NCBI RefSeq assembly: GCF_006345805.1
Contig: NC_042997.1
Location: forward strand, 168,020,001 to 168,084,000
Length of the DNA: 64,000 nucleotides
Direction: 5' to 3'
DNA from: Octopus sinensis
Taxonomy: Eukaryota
Shown: piece after piece, positions 26,213 through 33,400 of the stretch
Numbering within the stretch: the first letter of the stretch is position 1
How the letters are laid out: every line of letters starts with the position of its first letter
Program-made: the position numbers and the translations under genes
The notes under the pieces: generated by a model
Database searches by the model: none
Told to the model about the DNA's origin: nothing
Seen by the model: only the letters and a program-made list of their open reading frames with translations

Positions 26213-29009
26213 TATAGATATGGGTTGCCAACTATTACAACTATTAGGCTGTGGATCCTTTGGTAACAGGCTACACAATACGAATAAATTTTTTAATTTT
26301 ATTTCTATTTTATTAGCTATTGTTTTATTGTAAAACAACATCGTTGACTTACACAAGAGAGTTTTTCTTGGAAGATGACAATTTCTTGCGACAAACTCTT
26401 TTGGTACAGCTCCACAGTATCCACCTGCACAATGTGGGTCTTCAATGAGCTCACCACACCCATAAAGAAGTCGAATACAATGAAGGTCATAATTTATCAG
26501 AAAAGTAATTATGACTCTGGTATTTTATATTCGTTAGCATGGAGAACGGACGTTAACGACGATGATGATGATGATTCTAACTTTCTTCTATTAATAATCA
26601 ATAAGCTAACATGATTTGAACTCAGAATGTAAAGAGCTGGGAGAAATGCCACTAAATATTTTGTCTGATGCAATTCAGCCAGCTTAATAATAAGCTTTCT
26701 ACTAAAGGTACAAAGCATGAAATTTGGGGAGAGGGGGCTAGTTGATTAATACCTAATGAATTGGAAGAAATGCCACTTAGTATTTTGTTTGGTGTGCTAA
26801 CAATTCTACCAGCTTGACGCCCAGAAAATAATAATTCTTTCTGATTTTGACACAAGACCAGCAATTTTGAGAGTAGGGGTTAATTGATTACATTGACCCC
26901 AATACTTGACTGGTAGTTTGTTTTATCAACCCCTTAGGGATGGAAGGCAAAGTTGATTTAGATGGGATTTGAACACTAATAATGATAAAGAAAAAATGTG
27001 AACTATAATTAGTATACTCAATTTACTTGTTATGTGGGGAAAAAAACAGAAATTTGCTTTGCAATGTAATCAAAATATTTGCTGGATCCAACTTCAATAA
27101 CTGTTTTAAAGTTTGGCACAGTGCCAGCAATTCTGGGGGAGACAGGGTAAGTTGATTACATCAACGGCAGTACTTGACTGGTACTTTATTTTACCGACTC
27201 CGAAAAGGATGAAAGGTGGATACTTTAAAGTTTCAAGACGGCATTCCACTGTTCATTTTTGTTCTTTATTTCATTCTGTAAGAAAACTTTTTCACTTAAC
27301 GGCCTGGAAAATACATCTGACAAGCAATTTTTTTACTTTCATGGACCCTGGAAACAAAGAAGCACCAGCACAATTTCACAAATTTTGAACAAGGGAATAG
27401 TCAAATCGATCTCAATACTTAATTGATACTTATTTTATAAATCTCGACGTGGTTTGAACTAAGAACGTAAAGGGGAAACAACTAAGTATTGAAAACTGCT
27501 TTATCGATTCTTTCATTCATCACTAATAATTTCTTTAAATTTTGATAATTTTTTTTACAAATACACCTGCCTCACAATGAGAGGGTGGTTTACCAAGAGA
27601 ACGGGTGATTTTCGATGATTTTGAGATTCAGATTCATTCAAAATATATAAAAAAAACAAACTTAGGACAAACATAAATATCACCTTCAAAATGAGATAAG
27701 TGCAACAGAAAAAATTTACTTTTTATCTACTACAAAATTTGATGGAGTATGTTCGATCAAATCGACCACAGTACTGCATTAATAATGAAAGATGTGTGTG
27801 GAAGTGGGTACGTGTGTGGCGCGCCTGTTTCGCTTTTAGACTCGAACTTATTTTATAAGGATGGGATATAGAAACTTTGCGACGCTCGTATCTTCAAATT
27901 ACACAAAATAAAATACCGTCAGGACTGAATACAAATTGAGGAATTAGTGATATCAATTGTAAACAAAAAAAAATATTCAGTTATGTAGAGGAATGTACGG
28001 AATAAGGAACGGTACGGCTAATGAGAATGTGCATTATTCATACCATTTCTAACGGTATTACGCAACAAACAGAAATGGAATCTTCACAGCTAACTACGAA
28101 TTTATTACAAGGACTCAAATTTATTAACAAAGGAATTAGATATTCATAATTTCCTAAAGAGTGTTAGCAACTTGAAGTAAAATAACTTTTTCAGGTCACT
28201 TAGCTCTACATGTCAGAGAAAGCACGTGGTCTGTCCCAGATGATATAACGCATCACAATCTATTCTAAACAAAGAGATATATCAAGAGCTAACGGTTTCA
28301 CTTCTGTATTTTATGAAGTGGAGTTTTATTTACATGATATATAATAAATGTGACAAACATTAAAAATAATTTTTCTTTATATATTTTTACCATCTGAATG
28401 ACTGGTTATGCACGTCCTATTTTGTGATATACATTTGGCACAAAAATTATTTTTGTGATCAGCAATATCTGTGAAACTGAGTAGAAACAGAGTAATCTCA
28501 GCTGTTTAATAAATTATTACACACTTATTTCTGTTTTGAATATTTTTTTCATCTCGTTTGTCGTAAACTCAACAATACATAGATAGCAGGCTAACAAAGG
28601 CACACATACATTGATAGATATTGATAAAATAAAGACACTCATATACATAAATATGAGATTTAGCACGAGTTACGTGACAAGTGACACTGGCTAAACTCTG
28701 AGTAGTAACCAGTACCTTCAAACATTAGTAGTGTGAGCACACGGGCCTGTGCATGTGTGTGTAAATTGCTAAAGGGCCTATGAGACCTTCTGACTACTAG
28801 GATGTCCTCGAACTCTGCAGCACTCATCACCAAGAAGGAAGTAAATGAAACTGATTTAAAAACTTAAACAGAAGAAATCGAGAAACGATAGATTTTTAAA
28901 TTGTTTAAAACGTCACCTTTGTAAAAGCAACACAAGCAGCCGATGAACCGAGATGTAGGCCGAATCCTGCAGAGCCCACCGCTCCAGCCTGCACAGCCGG
29001 TGAAGCCAT
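2067..29009 (-). CDS. HSPA14: Heat shock 70 kDa protein 14 (Hsp70-L1, RAC subunit); 14 coding exons, 1584 nt, 527 aa
   Basis: Exons joined by hand with GT-AG sites give one uninterrupted frame: 28917-29009, 15486-15566, 14575-14706, 13589-13694, 11854-11944, 11433-11537, 11100-11261, 9224-9379, 7312-7414, 6560-6688, 5874-5966, 3798-3995, 2809-2867, 2067-2142. Motifs [73 protein letters not shown] and a short C-terminus with no lid or EEVD match HSPA14 rather than canonical Hsp70. Confidence 0.93.
2809..2867 (-). CDS. HSPA14: HSPA14 exon 13 (VVMKNIAQEAPISTSFILTR)
   Basis: catgcag| acceptor, |gtattt donor; 59 nt. Confidence 0.82.
3798..3995 (-). CDS. HSPA14: HSPA14 exon 12 (VRENRDKTTYKDFQTVFSKSTPIPSHQKFVF...DKLLAS)
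   Basis: tttcag| acceptor, |gtaagt donor; 198 nt; STPIP corresponds to the Hsp70 substrate-binding-domain T-x-P motif. Confidence 0.87.
4673..5778 (-). mobile_element. Non-autonomous piggyBac-type element, copy A
   Basis: TTAA|CCCTTTCGTTAC ... GTAACAAAAGGG|TTAA; subterminal (T)GGGCGGTTTGGT repeats; both ends match copy B; internal tandem duplications near 4888-4953 and at 5190-5290/5365-5470. Confidence 0.88.
5874..5966 (-). CDS. HSPA14: HSPA14 exon 11 (TSILKAFKNKLIPESEHQNKVKILSQAIAVK)
   Basis: ttttctgtccatcag| acceptor, |gtaagt donor; 93 nt, phase 0/0. Confidence 0.82.
6560..6688 (-). CDS. HSPA14: HSPA14 exon 10 ([43 protein letters not shown])
   Basis: atccag| acceptor, |gtaaga donor; 129 nt. 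Confidence 0.94.
6792..7145 (+). mobile_element. Non-autonomous Helitron
   Basis: A|TC 5' end (tctctatatatataaa), GC-rich 3' hairpin, CTAG|T 3' end, no TSD. Confidence 0.78.
7312..7414 (-). CDS. HSPA14: HSPA14 exon 9 (ARFESLCTSLKNRCVAKIEEVLSNADLQKSDIEK)
   Basis: gaacag| acceptor, |gtaagg donor; 103 nt. Confidence 0.93.
9224..9379 (-). CDS. HSPA14: HSPA14 exon 8 (QCRHDISDNSRSIAKLQRGAEMCKHALS...VESLYDGMDFSTSVSR)
   Basis: tctcag| acceptor, |gtaagt donor; 156 nt. Confidence 0.93.
11100..11261 (-). CDS. HSPA14: HSPA14 exon 7 (YVLVFRLGGVSCDVTLIKLCGGIY...LQGEFKR)
   Basis: ttgtag| acceptor, |gtaaat donor; 162 nt. Confidence 0.93.
11433..11537 (-). CDS. HSPA14: HSPA14 exon 6 ([35 protein letters not shown])
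   Basis: ttacag| acceptor, weak |gtttgt donor; 105 nt, frame fits both neighbours. Confidence 0.88.
11854..11944 (-). CDS. HSPA14: HSPA14 exon 5 (EIGQSKAGKGCFDAVLAVPVSFTTDQENLLR)
   Basis: taacag| acceptor, |gtaagg donor; 91 nt. Confidence 0.9.
12950..13389 (+). mobile_element. tRNA-derived SINE family A, full length
   Basis: Pol III A-box/B-box-like head (tggttgtgtgc..ggttcagtccc), central (TA/TG)n linker, tail ending gactgaaacaagtaaaagag. Confidence 0.88.
13589..13694 (-). CDS. HSPA14: HSPA14 exon 4 (VVNRKEDVAFEVDFKGKVTVFSVSEILEILFKKLL)
   Basis: tttaag| acceptor, |gtaggt donor; 106 nt, ends phase 1. Confidence 0.9.
14575..14706 (-). CDS. HSPA14: HSPA14 exon 3 (AVGFAAKQGYVRNTKNTIYHVKQLLGK...KQVQ)
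   Basis: tttcag| acceptor, |gtaaat donor; 132 nt. Confidence 0.92.
14906..15170. mobile_element. pogo/Tigger-like MITE with TA TSD
   Basis: TA|ccatatttaatggcctataagatgcac ... gtgtattataggccatcaaatacag|TA imperfect TIRs. Confidence 0.55.
15486..15566 (-). CDS. HSPA14: HSPA14 exon 2 ([27 protein letters not shown])
   Basis: tcag| acceptor, |gtaag donor; 81 nt. Confidence 0.93.
16231..16454. mobile_element. Second TTAA-type MITE family (about 220 bp), copy 1
   Basis: Ends ...atgctaaaagg|TTAA; similar copies at 16825-17246 and, degenerate, about 13875-14060. Confidence 0.65.
16825..17246. mobile_element. Second TTAA-type MITE family, copy 2, interrupted by an RTE-like insertion
   Basis: Aligns with 16231-16454 on both sides of the 17031-17214 insertion. 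Confidence 0.7.
17031..17214 (-). mobile_element. 5'-truncated RTE-like LINE 3' end with a 10-bp TSD
   Basis: TSD ttgatagagt at 17021-17030 and 17215-17224; the minus strand reads VLLWKPSTRDTRGHTLSYPDVISRDTGIQQQDLRNAMMDHEVWRSMINSIVSTTVEQ* and runs straight into a (TGA)n tail. Confidence 0.82.
17471..18049 (-). mobile_element. SINE family A, full length, with an insertion of about 145 bp in its microsatellite
   Basis: Reverse complement of 20496-20886 apart from 17705-17850. Confidence 0.88.
20216..20486. mobile_element. Foldback MITE with 16-bp perfect TIR ends, possibly Mutator-like
   Basis: GGTACTATTTAAGAAG ... CTTCTTAAATAGTACC; imperfect inverted arms of about 85 bp; flanks ataaatgaa / aataatgaa resemble a 9-bp TSD. 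Confidence 0.72.
20496..20886 (+). mobile_element. SINE family A, full length, young
   Basis: aggagtggctgtgtggtaagtagc...ggttcagtccc head; many CpGs retained. Confidence 0.9.
21216..21426. mobile_element. Short piggyBac-type MITE, one end lost
   Basis: Starts TTAA-CCCTTTCGTTAC (same TIR as copies A and B); no matching right TIR. Confidence 0.6.
21603..22001 (-). mobile_element. SINE family A, full length
   Basis: Reverse complement of 20496-20886. Confidence 0.9.
23560..24290 (-). mobile_element. Head-to-tail cluster of about 3 degenerate SINE family B units
   Basis: Repeated caaggc..aattttg..gggg..gattacat..gactggtact..aaggcaaagttga blocks near 23570, 23800, 24000 and 24140. Confidence 0.7.
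23901..24345 (+). repeat. Direct duplication of about 445 bp, copy 1
   Basis: Near-identical to 26613-27056 (offset 2712); the ORF track gives an identical 70-aa translation in both. Confidence 0.92.
24511..24671 (-). mobile_element. 3' UTR fragment of the same CR1-type LINE
   Basis: Reverse complement of about 38335-38500. Confidence 0.85.
26613..27056 (+). repeat. Direct duplication of about 445 bp, copy 2
   Basis: Near-identical to 23901-24345. Confidence 0.92.
28917..29009 (-). CDS. HSPA14: HSPA14 exon 1 ([31 protein letters not shown])
   Basis: gccATGG start context; AAG|gtgacg donor; 93 nt, phase 0. Confidence 0.9.
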
Positions 29010-29242
29010 GGCTGAGACGATAGAAAGCTTTTCAGTGTTAAGTGTTTCCTTACTTTCTTCTCTGGATTCTTTGCTTTACTTAAGAAGATTATGATGATGA
29101 TGATGACGAAGGGAGATAATCGGTGCCATCATTTTTTTTTTTTTTTTTCATAAAGTGGAACTCTCTAATTTAGACGCCACTTCGTTGACTTGAAGAAGTT
29201 TAGACGAGAATCTCGCCGAATAAAACCGGCATCAAGAGATGA

Positions 29243-29274
29243 CCAATGATTGAACGCCAAGTCTACTGACGTCA
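29243..29274. promoter_or_regulatory. ERSE-like element (CCAAT-N9-CCAAG) followed by a palindromic CRE/ATF site (TGACGTCA, 29267-29274)
   Basis: CCAAT gattgaacg CCAAG is one mismatch from the ERSE consensus CCAAT-N9-CCACG; the CRE is perfect and starts 5 bp after it. Confidence 0.5.
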
Positions 29275-29621
29275 CAGAGTCAACACGCTGACGGGGCACA
29301 TTGGCAGAGGCCCACATATACAGAAAGTGAGAGCGTTGAAATAATAAGCTTGACAATTCAGTCCGCATAGCAGAAACATATAAAATCGGCTACGCGTGTG
29401 ATTTTTAAGATAGTAAGCAATATACATCGCGAGTGTAATCAATTGGAGACTAAACCCAGTATATATCTCTGTAAATAGACAAAAGCACATATAAATACAT
29501 AACACTCGAGAAGTACAAAAAAATTTATTGCAGACGTTATAATACAATATCTCATTAGTTTAAAATATATTCCATTCCGTAATTGAAAGTATCCAAGAAA
29601 AGAAATCTCTACAACAAAGCG

Positions 29622-29632
29622 ATTGCTCCACG
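29622..29632 (+). promoter_or_regulatory. ERSE-II-like element ATTGC-T-CCACG
   Basis: One mismatch from the ERSE-II consensus ATTGG-N-CCACG; about 150 bp upstream of the MANF ATG. Confidence 0.5.
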
Positions 29633-29780
29633 GAGTTTGTAATCATCCCTAGCATATTTCCGATATCCGCCCCTACAGAAAGAAGGAAAATCTCAAGATC
29701 TGGTTACATTGTCAAGTGACAAGTTGTCAACGTCTCTTCTTTCTCATTCTCTTAGTTTCATCGATCCGTTTGATTTTAAA

Positions 29781-29868
29781 ATGAAGTTATTGCTACTGGT
29801 AACAGCTTTGTTTGCTGTCTGTAACATTCTGTCAGAGACTCTGGTCGCTGCTGAAACCCGGTGTGAAG
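29781..29868 (+). CDS. MANF: MANF exon 1, signal peptide ([29 protein letters not shown])
   Basis: aaaATGA start; GAAG|gtaagt donor; phase 1. Confidence 0.92.
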
Positions 29869-30350
29869 GTAAGTGTACATAGAATAACTTTGTGAAGTAA
29901 CTTTAAAGTGCAAGTTTGATGTACTTGTTCACACACACGTACACATAATGTGTATATTCTTATAATCTGATGCGAATACTAATAGGTGTAGCAAAAACTT
30001 TGCACGTCTTAAAGTCTTTCCATCTCTGTGTGTGTATATGTATACATATATGTGTGTGTGTAAGAGAGCACAAGCACAACATTCATATGTATACAGAGCA
30101 AACACTATCCAGTCAGATTTTTATTATGTAACTTAGTCGACACCGATTGTTTTCTGTAATTCTCAAATTGTCATCATATCGCTAAATGTACTTTTGCGGG
30201 TCTCTGGTTTTCACTTACCATGACATAACTTAGACTATATCTTTATCCTATCATTTGCTCGCTCGGGAATAAGATATCTGTATGTACTTCCCAAAATTTA
30301 CCTCTCTATATACACACACACAACATATCTATATATATATATACACATAG

Positions 30351-30410
<60 letters not shown>

Positions 30411-33400
30411 AACAAACATAAATACATACACGCAGGCCTATACACACGTTTTTTAAAAACTTCTGTGCCGCGTTTTAATCCAAATGTTTTTGTGCGTATA
30501 AAGTATAGGGAAAAAGAAAACCTATAACGACAGATCTCGTATTTTGGAAAATAAATGACAGACTTTTGAAATATCCGTCCCTCGAACTCCCATACTTCAT
30601 AAGAAAAGTGTGCGCAAAGGAGGTGGGGGCAAAAATGTAAAAAGGCTTCTTCTTTTTTTTTTTTTTTTTTCCTTCTTCAAATTCCAGGGAACAAAGAAAT
30701 TTCACTTAACTGTTTGGATCCTGTATTTATTGATTTATGTGGTAAATTATTCCTACGGTATTTAGTTATGGCCCTTTCTGTTCGGTGCTGAAACCTTGTC
30801 TGTCATCTTTACCTTTCATCCTTGCGGTGTTGATAAAATAAAGTACCAGTTAACTATTGTTTTTATGTAATGTTCCTATAAAGCATCCTAGATGTGAATG
30901 GTATTATGATCGAAAAGACATGACCGTATATTTGGTAAAAGTGATTTACATTTTTTTTTTCATCAATTTCTTGGAGGAGAATAAGTTGTCCATGACCTTT
31001 TCAGGGCCTCCGTGATTGATGGAAAAGGAATAAATTATCTTCAGTGACCGAGGGCTTATATCGGATCATTTTTGATTCGCCTATTTGAACAAAACCGGAC
31101 ACAGCGAACAAAAAGCAAAAAAGTTCCCTTGGCCCAAAGACCTGCCAACAGAGGACTTCGTCGAAAGTACTTGTGGGGCCTTGTGCTTTTTTAAACCTCT
31201 CACCCAAGAAAAGACACTTCTACAGACTTTCATTCAGTGTCCGAATACTAAATTTCACTCGCAAATGTAGTAGAAAACACTTTTGAATCGAACTCGAAAC
31301 CACAATTACGAAGGTAACTTCGTAATTGCACAACTGTGTCTGTTCCCCAAGCACATCTTCACATTTTGTTCCAAATTTCTGTACAAGCATTTAGCAACGT
31401 ATCCACCAGGTATTGCAACAATGCCACTTTCAACGTTGAATATATCGATCCACTTTCACTTTGTCATTTTCGTTTAGCGGCCGACAGTCCTGGAGTGAAC
31501 TTTCAGCAGATTGGCACGCATTTACTTACAATTATTTGAAAATATATTTGTGTGTTGTCCACTGTTCATATTAAATTTTCCGAAGTCCATCTTGGCTCAG
31601 GATACAGTTATTACAAATTTTGGCTCTATCCTGATATCCAGATTGGGCTCACTAATGACTTAAATATTGGCGTCCTTTTCAAAGTTCTGACCAACTTTTC
31701 TAAGTTGGAGTTAAGAATTCTCTTATTTCTTATTCGAGGGCTAACCTTTCATATCCAAATGAGCCATCTCAATATATTAATGGTATTTTACCAATACGCA
31801 GAAGAATGAACAGTTAAGTTGACATCCTGTGGAGTGGGTGCAAGATTAGTAACCGGGGTAAAATGAGTATTTTCTGATTACTCGTTATTTTCTCCCTATC
31901 TATTTGAAATCATTACATTACAAGTATTGCATCATCATTTTGTACTGTTGCATCATCTTTAATGGTAAAAATTGGTCAGTTGTTGATGTTGAGCAAGTTT
32001 GGAAAATAGTCAGGTACTTTTCTTTTTTTCAAGAATTTTTTCCTCAACATTGACCTGATTGTAATGAAGGTTGCTAAAATATCTGGATAATTTTTGGTGT
32101 TTAACACTCAATATTCTTTTCTCTGAATTCCAAACTAATTTTCCCCCCACATTAATGTCTAATTTGATGATTTTCAATTTTCAAAAAATGGTGTCAAAAA
32201 TGGGGTAAAATGAGTTGTGCCTAATTTCAATAATTTCCTCTCTTTAACTGTATGATGCATAAATATATCATGAAAAGAGCCACTCCAGCAGACCATGAAG
32301 AAGCTTATAGAGTGTGTTTTATGTTGAGTTTTTTGATTTAGCCAAGTTTTGTTAATTTTATATCATGTACCATTTTTCCATGATACTCATTCATTTGATC
32401 TAGATATTTAAAATTTTTGTTACATTTCTGATCCTTCTGATGTCTATGAGTCTATTTTCAGATATAATTCTGAAGAATTGAAGCAGCAAATTTACCTTAT
32501 CTTGGCTTACTCATTTTGCCCCAGAGAATGGTGATAGTTTTCTGAAATAGTGTTCAGATTGTTATAATGTTTCTAATGCATTTAGAGACGGTCATTTGCT
32601 TAGCTGAAATAGTTTTTATTAGGTTGTGAACCTAATAAAATATATTTTTTATCACAGTCAAAAATGCAGTATAAACTCTTCATTGTTGCCACACACCCTA
32701 TGTAACTAGAGTGAAGAACTGCAACCACTGTATTGTAGTTTACTCAATCATTCAAGTCTTTTACCTAATATCTTCCCAGTACCTATTGCATCAGTTCTTC
32801 TATGTTTAACATTGAGTAGTTGTAGAAATCTATAAATATTGTCCATTTGTATTATGACCATCAAGGAAAGAGTGATATTGGATCAGAAACTAAGATATAA
32901 GATTGCTATGATTAATATGGAGCAAGAAGTATTGAGAGATTAATGTACTGAGAAGTTAATGGGGAGCAGTCTCCAAAATAAAAATCTTTTGTAAGGTTTG
33001 TTTTGTATGATGAACACAGGAAAGAGCTGGAATATTTCTTGATTCTAAAAAGGAATTGATGCAATTTTGTCATTATTTTTAATGGCTCTGTTGTGTTTGT
33101 TGGGGAAGAATAAGTAGGTTCTATAAGATGAATGGCAAATGTGTAGTGAAGAGGATCTTATAAGCTAATGATTGTTCTTCCTGAGCAGGAAAGCTTTGGT
33201 AACACTTCGTCTCCTGCGTTTACTGTTCAAAATTGTCAACCATTACCTAAAATGCATCCACATTCATTGTTGTAAAAATAAAATATAGAAGCTGCTTAAA
33301 ATTGGGAGGATGTAGAGAGTGTACGGTTATGTCGTGTGCATGGACATAGGAATTGGCAAATTGTTAAAGTAGAAAGTGAGCTTGGGAGCCAACATGCTAT

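Larger units (their letters stand above)
29010..29780. promoter_or_regulatory. Bidirectional promoter and 5' UTR interval shared by HSPA14 and MANF
   Basis: 771 bp between divergent ATGs; CpG-richer than the surroundings; CCAAT/ATTGG boxes and TGACGTCA. Confidence 0.8.

Noticed and set aside
29012-29053. Possible GT-AG intron in the HSPA14 5' UTR
   Set aside because: At 42 nt it is shorter than usual for a spliceosomal intron and has no other support.
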